DNA of 64,000 nucleotides from Syntrophorhabdaceae bacterium (GCA_963666485.2 CAXXUO010000001.1:1152001-1216000); one strand, 5' to 3'; positions 20,274 through 30,034 are shown, counted from the first letter of the stretch. Translations and numbers: made by a program. Notes: a model not told the origin generated them from the letters alone.

Positions 20274-21059
20274 ATGGTCAGGATAGCTATAACAGGCGCG
20301 TGCGGCAAGATGGGACGGGCAATAACGAACCTTGCCCTCGGCGATGCAGACCTCGAGATCACCGGCCTTATCGAGGCAAAGGGGCATCCCATGGCGGGCA
20401 AGACCCTCGATGCCGCGGGGGGAAAACTTCCGCTTATAACGGACGATATTGCCCGTGGCCTGGAAAATGCCGATGTTCTCGTCGATTTCACGGAGGCGGA
20501 GGCTTCCCTCGCATTCTTCAAGGCGGCAAGCGAAAAGGGCATAGCGGACGTCATCGGCACGACCGGCCTCAAGGAAGAGCACATGCGGCCGATACGCGAG
20601 ACGAAAGGGGCCCGGGCGGTCATATCTCCCAACATGAGCATCGGCATGAACATCCTGTTCGATCTTGCGTACAGGGTGTCATCGATCGTAGGGGACGCCT
20701 ACGATGCCGAGATAGTCGAACTGCACCATCGCTGGAAGAAGGACGCACCGAGCGGGTCCGCCCTCAGGATAAAGGACGCCGTTGTCGCCGGGCAGAGTTC
20801 TCGTCAGTGGATCGAGGTCTTTGGCCGCGAAGGGATGATCGGAGAGAGGAAAAATGACGAGATCGGCGTTATGAGTATCCGCGGCGGCGACATTGTCGGG
20901 GAACATACCCTTTATTTTGCCGGGATCGGTGAACGTCTTGAATTGACGCACAAGGCATGGTCGCGGGACAATTTCGCCCGCGGCGCGCTTCTGGCCGCAA
21001 AATGGCTGGTAAACCGGCCCTCCGGGATTTACTCGATGAAAGATGTCCTCGGGCTCTGA
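20274..21059 (+). CDS. dapB: 4-hydroxy-tetrahydrodipicolinate reductase
   Basis: GACGKMG, GTTG, ELHHRWKKDAPSG, RGGDIVGEH. Confidence 0.96.
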   Translation: MVRIAITGACGKMGRAITNLALGDADLEITGLIEAKGHPMAGKTLDAAGGKLPLITDDIARGLENADVLVDFTEAEASLAFFKAASEKGIADVIGTTGLKEEHMRPIRETKGARAVISPNMSIGMNILFDLAYRVSSIVGDAYDAEIVELHHRWKKDAPSGSALRIKDAVVAGQSSRQWIEVFGREGMIGERKNDEIGVMSIRGGDIVGEHTLYFAGIGERLELTHKAWSRDNFARGALLAAKWLVNRPSGIYSMKDVLGL

Positions 21060-21083
21060 CCCTTCATATCTTTAAATAATCAC

Positions 21084-21120
21084 AAGGTCCCGGGCCGCTT
21101 TTAAGGCCGGGACCTTTTTT
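21084..21120 (+). terminator. Intrinsic terminator after dapB
   Basis: AAGGTCCCGG...CCGGGACC followed by T6. Confidence 0.8.
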
Positions 21121-21413
21121 GCCCTGTGGCTGCAAAATATCGATATTTTCGCTTTCCGGCCAGCCCGCCGGTTGCATCATTGAGCTGATGCCATTTAACA
21201 CCTTGAATATACTCATCATATTAAGATGTTATACTAACGGCCCGGGGCCCTGAAAGCCTTCTGACGGGACACCTGTCTCTGGTCATTTTTCATGGCCAAC
21301 TAATTGATAATTAAAGGCATGTTACGCTTGTTAAATTTTTCTCTTGCAAAAGACCCCCGGAATTGTTAGATATAGGAAAACAAAAGGAAAACAGGGTAAA
21401 AAAGGTACAGAAA

Positions 21414-22055
21414 ATGGCGAAATTTCTGAAGATCCCGGAAGCAACGATACGGAGACTTTCGAGTTATCTCAAGTGCATGGCGGACCTGGAAAGCAAGAAC
21501 GAAAAGGTTGCATCGAGCGCTGTCATAGCGAATATATGCAACGTCAACGCTGCCCAGGTGCGGAAGGATTTTGCATATTTCGGCGAATTCGGCATTCGGG
21601 GTATGGGCTACAACGTCAAGGACCTGAAGCGGCATATAAAAGAGATCCTGGGCATCAACAGGGAATGGCGCATCGCCGTTATCGGCGTGGGCAATATGGG
21701 AAGCGCCCTGCTTGTCTATAAAGATTTCCTGAAACAGAACTACAAGATCGTTGCCGCATTCGATCTCTATCCGGAGACAGTGATCGGGCGTATCTCCGAA
21801 AGGGTCGGTAAACCGGTAGAAATACTGCATGTTGATCGCTTGAAAGAGGTGGTGCAGGCACGCAACATCGAGATCGGGATTATTGCGACCCCGCCGGCTG
21901 AGGCACAGAAGGTTGCCGACCAGCTCATCGAGGCGAATATAAAGGGGATCCTCAATTTTTCACCGGCACCTGTGCGGACGAACGAGAACGTGAAGCTCAG
22001 GAATCTTTTCTTTACATCTGCTCTCGACAATCTGGTATATTATCTTTCAAATTAA
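21414..22055 (+). CDS. rex: Redox-sensing transcriptional repressor Rex
   Basis: IPEATIRRLS.Y, QVRKDFAYFGEFG.RG.GY, IGVGNMG, ILNFSP. Confidence 0.96.
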   Translation: MAKFLKIPEATIRRLSSYLKCMADLESKNEKVASSAVIANICNVNAAQVRKDFAYFGEFGIRGMGYNVKDLKRHIKEILGINREWRIAVIGVGNMGSALLVYKDFLKQNYKIVAAFDLYPETVIGRISERVGKPVEILHVDRLKEVVQARNIEIGIIATPPAEAQKVADQLIEANIKGILNFSPAPVRTNENVKLRNLFFTSALDNLVYYLSN

Positions 22056-22071
22056 GAAATTTGAGGGATCT

Positions 22072-22281
22072 ATGTGGAAAGTGCTGGCCAACTCTGTCGA
22101 GATGCTCATTTATGCAGCGGTCTTCATCATACTTTCCCTTATCGCGGTCAAGATAGTCGGCGCAACATTCACCACGGATTTTGAAAAGAAGATAGCAGAC
22201 GAGAACAACCTGGCGCTTGCCATAATAGTCGCGTCGCTCTTCATCGGCCTCGCCATCATCGTTGCATCAATAGCAGGATAA
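22072..22281 (+). CDS. Small membrane protein (DUF350-like)
   Basis: Two TM helices, ENNLALAI motif, RBS GAGGG. Confidence 0.75.
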   Translation: MWKVLANSVEMLIYAAVFIILSLIAVKIVGATFTTDFEKKIADENNLALAIIVASLFIGLAIIVASIAG

Positions 22282-22985
22282 TGAAAAGCATATTTATCAC
22301 GGGAACCGATACCGGCGTCGGGAAGACTGCCGTTGCATGCTCTCTCGCTGCCTACCTTTCGCTCAAGAAGGGGCGGGATGTCGGGGTGATGAAACCCTTC
22401 GAGAGCGGCGGCGATGCATCGGCCGGGGAGATGGCCGGCGATGCCTGGTCGCTCAAAGCAGCGTCGGGCAGCCAGGATTCGATACGCGATATAAACCCTT
22501 ATAATTTCAAGGCCCCGCTCGCCCCGGAGCCGGCGGCAATGCGGGAAAACGCCGATATCGATGTCGGCCGGGTCATGGCCGCATACAGGAAGCTGTGCGA
22601 CAGGCATGATGTTGTGATCGTTGAAGGCGCCGGCGGAATACTGGTGCCGGTCAGGGACGGCTATTTTTATTCCGACCTGATGGTTGACATGGGCGCGCCG
22701 GTCGTCCTTGTCTCGCGGCTGACGCTCGGCACCATCAACCATACGCTCCTGTCATGCCGTTACCTGAAGTCGATCGGCGTCGAAGTCTCCGGTGTCATAC
22801 TCAACGACATGACCGGGGAGAACGACATAGCGTCAGAGACAAACCCGGAAATGCTCCGGAAATACCTCGAAGTCCCGCTGCTCGGCATATTCCCGCATGA
22901 GCCGGACCTTTTCGCCCAGGCCGTCGGCCGGGAAAAACTCGCGACCCTTTTCGAAAAAAATATCAACTGCGAAATATTTAAATGA
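22281..22985 (+). CDS. bioD: Dethiobiotin synthase
   Basis: FITGTDTGVGKT, KPFESG, VEGAGG, LGTINHTLL. Confidence 0.96.
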   Translation: MKSIFITGTDTGVGKTAVACSLAAYLSLKKGRDVGVMKPFESGGDASAGEMAGDAWSLKAASGSQDSIRDINPYNFKAPLAPEPAAMRENADIDVGRVMAAYRKLCDRHDVVIVEGAGGILVPVRDGYFYSDLMVDMGAPVVLVSRLTLGTINHTLLSCRYLKSIGVEVSGVILNDMTGENDIASETNPEMLRKYLEVPLLGIFPHEPDLFAQAVGREKLATLFEKNINCEIFK

Positions 22986-22990
22986 GGACA

Positions 22991-23056
22991 GGCAATGGGC
23001 GATAGGGTGCAGTTGCGCAGCTTTTCCCATCGCCTATAGCCTCTTGCCTATCGCCC
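22991..23056. repeat. Inverted heptamer arrays (GGCNATR)n between convergent genes
   Basis: ggcaatg ggcgata ... cccatcgcctatagcctcttgcctatcgccc. Confidence 0.8.
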
Positions 23057-24238
23057 GTTTTTTATCCCCAACTCCATAAAATACTGCCGTGACCGTTCAA
23101 TAACGTCCATGGGAATACAGTACGCCAGGCGGAAATGTCCCGGTGTCCCGAAGCCCACTCCCGGAACGGCGAGGATCTTATGGCGCTGCAGTTCTCTCAC
23201 GAAGGCGACGTCATCGGGTATGGGGGAGCGGGGAAAAATATAGAAGGCCCCCATCGGCCTGACGACGGTGAAGCCCGCCTTGACAAGGATGTCGTAGAGG
23301 ACGTCACGTTTTCTCTGGTACTCCATGATATCGACGCTGTTCCTCTGGAACTTCCCGACGAGGCGCTGCATGAGTGCCGGTGCGTTGATGAAGCCGAGGA
23401 TCCTGTTCGAGAATATCATCGCATCCATGAGCGGCCTCAAGTTGGCGATGCGCGGTGATGCCGCTATGTAGCCGATCCGCTCGCCCGGCAGGGCGAGGTC
23501 CTTCGAATGGGATGTTATGGTGATCGTATCGTCATATATATTGAAGACGTCGGGGAGGACTGTTCCATCATAGAGTATTTTCCGGTACGCTTCGTCGGAA
23601 AGGAAGAAGATCCTCTGGCCTTTCTCCCGGCGTTTGTTGAGGACCGCGGCCAGCTCCTTGAGTTCATCCCCGGTATATACGACACCGGTCGGATTGTTTG
23701 GCGAATTGACGATGATCGCCTTGGTCTTCCGCGTTATAGCTTTTTCGATCTTGCCGATATCGAGGTGAAAGTCCTCGGTGGTCTCGACGAGTTTCATTAT
23801 CCCGCCGTGATTTTCTATATAGAATTTAAACTCGACGAAAAACGGGGACAGGACGATAACCTCATTGCCGGGATCAAGCAGTGATTTCAAAACGACGTTC
23901 ATGCCGCCCGCAGACCCCACTGTCATGACAATGTGATCTTTCGTGAAGGGAAGGCCTGTTCTTGAGGCGTGGAATTCGGCGACGTCGGCCCGCACATCCT
24001 CGTAGCCGCTGTTTGTCATGTAGCGATGCATTCCCGCCGTGTCGGAGGTGACGATCCTGATCAGCTCCTCCTTCAACTGTTCGGGAGGTTCGATATCCGG
24101 GTTGCCGAGGGTAAAGTCGAGGATGTTCTCCGGGCCGTACGTCTTCTTCATTTTCTCGCCTTCCTCGAACATCGCCCGGATCCATGATGAATCCTTCATG
24201 GATTTGCTGATAGCTTTTGAGATACCCATTGTGATCAC
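23048..24238 (-). CDS. Class I/II PLP-dependent aminotransferase (second of tandem pair)
   Basis: NSPNNPTG, SDEAY, SHSKDLALPGERIG. Confidence 0.93.
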   Translation of the reverse strand: MITMGISKAISKSMKDSSWIRAMFEEGEKMKKTYGPENILDFTLGNPDIEPPEQLKEELIRIVTSDTAGMHRYMTNSGYEDVRADVAEFHASRTGLPFTKDHIVMTVGSAGGMNVVLKSLLDPGNEVIVLSPFFVEFKFYIENHGGIMKLVETTEDFHLDIGKIEKAITRKTKAIIVNSPNNPTGVVYTGDELKELAAVLNKRREKGQRIFFLSDEAYRKILYDGTVLPDVFNIYDDTITITSHSKDLALPGERIGYIAASPRIANLRPLMDAMIFSNRILGFINAPALMQRLVGKFQRNSVDIMEYQRKRDVLYDILVKAGFTVVRPMGAFYIFPRSPIPDDVAFVRELQRHKILAVPGVGFGTPGHFRLAYCIPMDVIERSRQYFMELGIKNGR

Positions 24239-25425
24239 CTCTTTATGATACGTTTTCCTATCCTGATGAACCCTTCGATGCTGTTCTCTATCGTTCTCAT
24301 AGGGACACAGTACGCGATCCTGAAATACCCTTTCTTTCCGAAGCCCCTGCCGGGGACGACCATGATGCGCTCATCCTGCTGCAGGCTGCGAATGAAATCC
24401 AGTTCATCGGCGACGGGTGAGCGGGGGAACATGTAGAAAGCACCCCTGGGTTTCACACATTCAAACCCTCCCTCGACGAGAGCGTTGTAAAGGAGGTCGC
24501 GCTTGCGCTGGTATTCCCCGATATCCACCGATGTCCGCTGGAATTTGGACACGGCGCGCTGGAACAGGGCCGGTGCATTGACAAAGCCAAGCGTCCTCTG
24601 CGTGATCATGAGCCCCGACTGAAGAAGTTCGGCGTCGGGCAGGCGCGGTGATATAGCGAGATACCCTATTCTTTCCCCGGGCAACGCCAGGTCCTTGGAA
24701 TGCGAATTGATCGAACACGTGAGGTCATACGCCTTGAAGATGTTCGGAAGTTTAATGTCGTCAAAAACAAGTTTCCTGTACGCATCGTCCGCAATGAGGT
24801 AAATATCCTGGCCTTCCGACCGTTTCCTGTTAAGGAGCGTCACAAGGTCCGAAATGCTTTCCTCGGAATAAACGGCACCGGTCGGGTTGTTGGGGCTGTT
24901 GATGAGTATGGCGCGTGTCTTGGGGGTGATGGCATTGGCCAGCCGGTCGACATCGAGCTGGAAATCATCCTTTGACCTGACCGTCTTCAGTTTCCCGCCG
25001 TGGTTCTGCACGTAATTGCGGAATTCCCAGAAGAAGGGTGTAGGCACGATCACCTCGTCTCCCCGGTTGAGCATGACCTTCAGCAGAATGTTGAGCCCGC
25101 CGGCGGCCCCGTTCGACATGAAAACGTGTGAGGCGGTAAAGGGGAGCCCGTATATCTCGCTCAAGTAGTCGGCAACGTCCTGGCGCACCTCTTCGTACCC
25201 GCTGTTCGACATGTACCTGTGCATGCCTTTGACAGGATTGGCAAGCGCATCCATCAGCGTTTTCAGTAATATGTCGGGCGGTTCCGTATCGGGGTTGCCG
25301 AGGGAAAAATCATAGACGTTCTCCTCCCCGTACAGTTTCTTGATCTTGAGGCCTTCCTCGAACATCCTGCGGGTCCAGCCTTCCTGGTCTGCTATCAATT
25401 TTTGGATCTGTCGGGATACGATCAT
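24235..25425 (-). CDS. Class I/II PLP-dependent aminotransferase (first of tandem pair)
   Basis: NSPNNPTG, ADDAY, SHSKDLALPGERIG; RBS AAGGAG. Confidence 0.93.
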   Translation of the reverse strand: MIVSRQIQKLIADQEGWTRRMFEEGLKIKKLYGEENVYDFSLGNPDTEPPDILLKTLMDALANPVKGMHRYMSNSGYEEVRQDVADYLSEIYGLPFTASHVFMSNGAAGGLNILLKVMLNRGDEVIVPTPFFWEFRNYVQNHGGKLKTVRSKDDFQLDVDRLANAITPKTRAILINSPNNPTGAVYSEESISDLVTLLNRKRSEGQDIYLIADDAYRKLVFDDIKLPNIFKAYDLTCSINSHSKDLALPGERIGYLAISPRLPDAELLQSGLMITQRTLGFVNAPALFQRAVSKFQRTSVDIGEYQRKRDLLYNALVEGGFECVKPRGAFYMFPRSPVADELDFIRSLQQDERIMVVPGRGFGKKGYFRIAYCVPMRTIENSIEGFIRIGKRIIKR

Positions 25426-25443
25426 TTAAGCTCTCCTTATAAT

Positions 25444-25548
25444 AAAAAAGCCATGGGTGTATGCGGCCCATGGCATAAAAAAAGGGCCATGGGTTCCTTG
25501 CACCCATGGCCCTTTGTGTGTCAGCACAAAGGTAGGCCCGGGTGCAAG
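25444..25548 (-). terminator. Attenuator: antiterminator plus two tandem intrinsic terminators
   Basis: T1 GGGCCATGGGT/ACCCATGGCCC-T7 (25477-25512); T2 GCCATGGG/CCCATGGC-T6 (25444-25474); competing stems 25540-25548/25497-25505 and 25525-25532/25511-25518. Confidence 0.88.
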
Positions 25549-25595
25549 CGCCTAAAGAAGAAAAAGCCAAAAAAGAAAGAGAACATCCTCATCAT
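25521..25595 (-). CDS. Phe-rich leader peptide MMRMFSFFFGFFFFRRLHPGLPLC
   Basis: Translated by hand: 24 aa, 8 Phe in 10 consecutive codons, overlaps the antiterminator. Confidence 0.85.
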   Translation of the reverse strand: MMRMFSFFFGFFFFRRLHPGLPLC

Positions 25596-25601
25596 GCCAA
25601 C

Positions 25602-25630
25602 ATTAAAAAGCAAAGCAAATTTTTTGTCAA
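25602..25630 (-). promoter_or_regulatory. Sigma70 promoter TTGACA-N17-TTTAAT for the leader/aminotransferase operon
   Basis: -35 at 25625-25630, -10 at 25602-25607. Confidence 0.75.
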
Positions 25631-25693
25631 GGGAAACCTGAATTTTGCTGCGGGGAGCACAAAGTCCCTCACAGCGCCATTGCGCCATATACA

Positions 25694-25722
25694 TTGACAT
25701 GACGGGGTTTTACACTTATAAT
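25694..25722 (+). promoter_or_regulatory. Sigma70 promoter TTGACA-N17-TATAAT
   Basis: Perfect consensus upstream of the MoxR gene. Confidence 0.85.
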
Positions 25723-25759
25723 ATAGCGGATTTTTTGACTTTTGCAAGGAGGCATTACT

Positions 25760-26611
25760 ATGTCAGGCACAAATCATGGATATCACGGCAGCGAGGATTA
25801 CATCGCATCGAAAGCACTTATGGAGATCGTCAATGTGGCCGTGGTACTTCAGAAGCCGCTTGTTGTAAAAGGGGAGCCGGGGACGGGGAAGACGCTTCTC
25901 GCCCACAGCATCGCCCGTGCGCTCAACAAGAGGCTTCTCATATGGAATATCAAGTCTACAACGAAGGCAAAAGACGGCCTGTACGTATACGATACCGTGC
26001 AGCGGCTCAACGACGCCCGTTTCAAGGACAAGGACATCAGTGATATACGGCAGTACATAAAGATGGGGAAGCTCGGCCAGGCGTTTCAGACCGATGAGCA
26101 GGTGATCCTCCTGATCGACGAGATCGACAAGGCGGATATCGAGTTCCCCAATGACCTGCTCAACGAACTCGATGAGATGACATTTCATATCAACGAGCTC
26201 GATGAAACGGTGTCGGCCATACATAGGCCGATCGTGATCATAACGAGCAATTCCGAAAAGGAATTGCCCGACGCGTTCCTGAGACGGTGCCTTTTCTATT
26301 ACATTGAATTTCCCGACGGGGAAATGATGGAGCGGATCATCAAGGTGCATTACCCGGACATAGAGGACAAGCTTGTCCGAGAAGCGCTGAAGAAATTCTA
26401 CTGGCTCAGGGAAATGGACGGACTGAAGAAGAGGCCGTCGACAAGCGAGCTGCTCGACTGGATAAAGGCACTCGCCCTGGGCGGCGTGAAGATCGATAAG
26501 ATCAACAACGAGATCCCGTTCCTCGGGACCCTTTTGAAAAACGAACAGGATACCGACAGGTTTGTGCGGGTGTCATCCAACCAGGGCGGGTTCGGTTTCA
26601 AGCGAAGGTAA
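25760..26611 (+). CDS. MoxR-family AAA+ ATPase
   Basis: GEPGTGKT, LLIDEIDKAD, ITSNSEKELPDAFLRRC; RBS AGGAGG. Confidence 0.93.
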   Translation: MSGTNHGYHGSEDYIASKALMEIVNVAVVLQKPLVVKGEPGTGKTLLAHSIARALNKRLLIWNIKSTTKAKDGLYVYDTVQRLNDARFKDKDISDIRQYIKMGKLGQAFQTDEQVILLIDEIDKADIEFPNDLLNELDEMTFHINELDETVSAIHRPIVIITSNSEKELPDAFLRRCLFYYIEFPDGEMMERIIKVHYPDIEDKLVREALKKFYWLREMDGLKKRPSTSELLDWIKALALGGVKIDKINNEIPFLGTLLKNEQDTDRFVRVSSNQGGFGFKRR

Positions 26612-26632
26612 CGGGAAGAGGGAAGGCAGCAC

Positions 26633-27850
26633 ATGTTCGTAGATTTTTTCTATATCCTTCGGAAGAAAGGCGTTCCGGTATCTATCAAGGAATTCATGTC
26701 TTTCATAGAGGCGCTCTATAACGGGCATTTTCAATCGAGCATCAACCATCTTTATCACATCGGAAAGGCATTCCTTGTCAAGAGCGAGGCATACTTCGAC
26801 GCCTATGATCTGGCCTTCAACGAATACTTCGGCGGGATCGTGACGGAGAACATCGAACTCGACAAGGTGTTGGGATGGCTCGAGAATCCTCTCAACCGCC
26901 TGCCGAAGATGTCACCCGAAGAACTGATGGAATTCCAGAAACAGCTCGAGGAATTCAAGAAGACTCACGATCTCGAAGAGATGATGCGCCAGTTCCGCGA
27001 ACGCTTGAAAGAACAGCACGAGCGCCACGACGGCGGGCATAAATGGGTCGGGACGGGAGGCTATTCCCCGTTCGGCGCGTACGGTTACCATCCCGGCGGC
27101 ATCAGGGCCGGCGGAGAATCGTGGATGCAGTCGGCGTCGAAGGTCGCGGCAGAAAGGCGGTTCCGGAATTACCGTAATGACATCATTCTCGATGTCAGGC
27201 AAACGAAGATGGCGCTCAAAAAGCTGCGTGAACTGAAGCGCGAAGGGGCCCAGGAAGAGCTGGATATAGACGAGACGATCGATAAAACGGCGAAAGAAGG
27301 CGGCGAGATCGAGCTCGTTTTCAACCGTTCACGTGAGAACTCGGTGCGGATCATCCTGCTCATGGACACCGGCGGGTCGATGCTTCCCTATACCGAGCTG
27401 TGCGAGAAACTTTTTTCCGCCGCGACCCAGGCAAACCATTTCAAAGAGTTCCGCTATTTCTTTTTTCATAACTGCATCTACCAGGACATTTACGAAGACT
27501 TGGCCAATTATAAGAATGTCCCGACGGAAAAACTCTTCTCGCTCTTCAACAAGAATTACAAGCTGATCCTTGTCGGCGACGCCAGGATGGCGTATTCAGA
27601 GCTTTTCGATGTCAACGGCTGCATTGATTATTTCTCGACCAACGATAAGCCCGGCCTCGAATGGCTTGCCAGGATCCGGGACCATTTTCCCCATTCTGTC
27701 TGGCTTAATCCGACGCACAGGAACTTCTGGGGGCACTATACCGTGGACACCATCGGAAAGATCTTCCCCATGTACGAGCTTACGATAGACGGGCTCAAGG
27801 ATGCGATAAAGGCGTTGACTTCACGGACCAAGAACCTCATGCATCAGTAG
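26633..27850 (+). CDS. VWA-domain (CoxE-like) partner of MoxR
   Basis: GGHKWVGTGGYSPFG, LMDTGGSM, FFHNC, WLNP. Confidence 0.88.
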   Translation: MFVDFFYILRKKGVPVSIKEFMSFIEALYNGHFQSSINHLYHIGKAFLVKSEAYFDAYDLAFNEYFGGIVTENIELDKVLGWLENPLNRLPKMSPEELMEFQKQLEEFKKTHDLEEMMRQFRERLKEQHERHDGGHKWVGTGGYSPFGAYGYHPGGIRAGGESWMQSASKVAAERRFRNYRNDIILDVRQTKMALKKLRELKREGAQEELDIDETIDKTAKEGGEIELVFNRSRENSVRIILLMDTGGSMLPYTELCEKLFSAATQANHFKEFRYFFFHNCIYQDIYEDLANYKNVPTEKLFSLFNKNYKLILVGDARMAYSELFDVNGCIDYFSTNDKPGLEWLARIRDHFPHSVWLNPTHRNFWGHYTVDTIGKIFPMYELTIDGLKDAIKALTSRTKNLMHQ

Positions 27851-28021
27851 AAAGCGAATAACCCCTTAAGGTCAATGGCGGTAAAATTTTCTTACTATTT
27901 TGACGTTTATCCTTTATAATTTCCACGAGACGGGTCTTGGGGGCCCGGTTGTGTCCCCAAATATGGGGCTATGGTCAGACACCTTGGATAAAAGTTATTT
28001 TATACGCGGGAAGGTATTGCA

Positions 28022-30034
28022 TTGAGCGCTGTTCTGGACAGGGTTTCATCACTTAAGAACACAGATCTTTTTCGTGCCCTCGGGGACAACGAGCTGGAAA
28101 AGCTTTCCTCGAAGCTCAGGGAACGTGTCTATCCCGCCAATACGGCCATTGTCCGTGAAGGGGCAAACGGCGATGCAATGTTCATCATCAAAAATGGACA
28201 GGTAGAGGTCAAAAAAAAAGAACCGAACCTCGGCATCGACCTCACGATAGCAACCCTCGGAATGGGGGCGTGTTTCGGGGAGATGGCGCTTCTCACGGGC
28301 AAGCCCCGTTCGGCTACGGTCATCGCGGTCGCGGCAACCGAGCTCTTCGTCCTTGAAAAGAGTGATTTCGATTCCCTTCTTCTCGAACATCCCAGCATAT
28401 CGATATCGATAAACAAGATCGTCGCCGAGCGGATCGAGGAGATGAATACCCAGAAATCGATGGGCGTCGTCTCTTTCCAGAACCTCAAGGTCGATCCCGA
28501 TTTTATCACCGTGATACCGGAGCCGATAGCCCTGAAATATAAAATGCTCGCCACGTCGTACGGCAACGGGAGCCTCACCCTTGTCATGGTCAACCCGCAC
28601 GATCTCATGGCACTCGATGAAGCGACAAAACTGGTGACGGACAAATTCAAGAAGAAGGTGCCGCTGGACCAGGTGATCGTCACTGAGGAAGATTTCAAAC
28701 ATTTCATGGAAGGTGAATACAAGATCATAACAAAGCCACTGGTCGAGGAAAAACCTGAAGTGAACCTCGACGACTTCCTTGATTCGATGGACCATATCCA
28801 GTCGGATTTTATGAAGGATGCTGAATTTGAGGACGGGTCCGTCGACGATGAAGGCATTACCGACCTTGCGCGCGAAGCTGAAGGCGCGCCGATAATCCGG
28901 CTCACAAACAATATTATCGCGATGGCCCTGAAAAAAGGGGCCAGCGATATCCATATCGAACCGATGGAAAAAGGGCTTCGCGTCAGGTACCGCATCGACG
29001 GTGTCCTGCGCGCGGAAATGATGCTTCCCAAGAAGGTGCAGCTACCGCTCATCAGCAGGGTAAAGATCATATCGAAACTCGACATAACGGAACGCCGGAT
29101 GCCGCAGGACGGCAGGATCACGATCAAGCTGGGCAGCAAATCGGTCGACTTCCGTGTGTCTACGGTGCCCACGAAGTTCGGGGAAAAGATCTGTACAAGG
29201 ATATTGGATAAAACGAACACCACGATGGGCCTCGATAAATTGATCTCGCACCTGCCTGTGCTCGATCTTGTCCGCGACATGATCAAGAAGCCGTACGGCA
29301 TAATCTATGTTACGGGCCCCACCGGGTCCGGGAAAAGCACCACGCTGTACAGTTCCCTCGCTGAGATCAATGATATCGGCGTGAATATCTCGACGGTTGA
29401 AGACCCGGTTGAATACGACCTTGAAGGCGTGAACCAGGTGCAGGTGAACTCCGATATCGGGCTCAACTTCGCCCGCGTTCTCCGGGCTTTTTTGCGGCAA
29501 GACCCGGACATCATCCTCGTTGGCGAGACGCGCGACACCGAGACGGCCAAGATCGCCGTCGAGGCAGCGCTTACCGGTCACCTCGTTTTCACCACGCTCC
29601 ATGCCAACGATGCGGCGAGCACGTTCATGCGTCTGTCCGAAATGGGCATAGAACCTTTTCTCATCTCCACGTCCGCGATCGGCATCGTCGCCCAGCGTCT
29701 CGTGCGGAGGATCTGCCCCAAATGCAAGGAGAAATATGCCCCTGATCCTACGATCCTGAAATACCTCGATTTGGACGAAGGCATTGAATTATATAAAGGC
29801 AAAGGCTGTGATGCCTGCTCAGGCGGATATAAAGGAAGAGTTGGCGTGTACGAGGTCCTTGTCGTCAACGAGGAACTCAGGCATCTCATCGCCGAAGGCG
29901 CGGATACAATGGCCATCCGTGATGCGGCCGTCAGGAACGGGATGAAAACCCTGAAAGAATATTGCCTGATCCTCCTTAAGGAAGGGCATACAACGGTCGA
30001 TGAAGTCCTGCGCACCGTCGCGGTGCAGAATTGA
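28022..30034 (+). CDS. PilB/GspE-family secretion ATPase with N-terminal cNMP-binding domain
   Basis: FGEMALL..KPRSAT; ASDIHIEP, PQDGR, GPTGSGKS, LRQDPD, TGHLVFTTLH, CPKC/CDAC. Confidence 0.92.
   Translation: MSAVLDRVSSLKNTDLFRALGDNELEKLSSKLRERVYPANTAIVREGANGDAMFIIKNGQVEVKKKEPNLGIDLTIATLGMGACFGEMALLTGKPRSATVIAVAATELFVLEKSDFDSLLLEHPSISISINKIVAERIEEMNTQKSMGVVSFQNLKVDPDFITVIPEPIALKYKMLATSYGNGSLTLVMVNPHDLMALDEATKLVTDKFKKKVPLDQVIVTEEDFKHFMEGEYKIITKPLVEEKPEVNLDDFLDSMDHIQSDFMKDAEFEDGSVDDEGITDLAREAEGAPIIRLTNNIIAMALKKGASDIHIEPMEKGLRVRYRIDGVLRAEMMLPKKVQLPLISRVKIISKLDITERRMPQDGRITIKLGSKSVDFRVSTVPTKFGEKICTRILDKTNTTMGLDKLISHLPVLDLVRDMIKKPYGIIYVTGPTGSGKSTTLYSSLAEINDIGVNISTVEDPVEYDLEGVNQVQVNSDIGLNFARVLRAFLRQDPDIILVGETRDTETAKIAVEAALTGHLVFTTLHANDAASTFMRLSEMGIEPFLISTSAIGIVAQRLVRRICPKCKEKYAPDPTILKYLDLDEGIELYKGKGCDACSGGYKGRVGVYEVLVVNEELRHLIAEGADTMAIRDAAVRNGMKTLKEYCLILLKEGHTTVDEVLRTVAVQN

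Noticed and set aside
21328..21345. Rex autoregulatory site TTGTTAA-ATTT-TTCTCTT
   Set aside because: Right half-site has three mismatches; too weak to call
25402..25641. Lys-rich plus-strand ORF
   Set aside because: Antisense of the Phe leader and attenuator; no RBS
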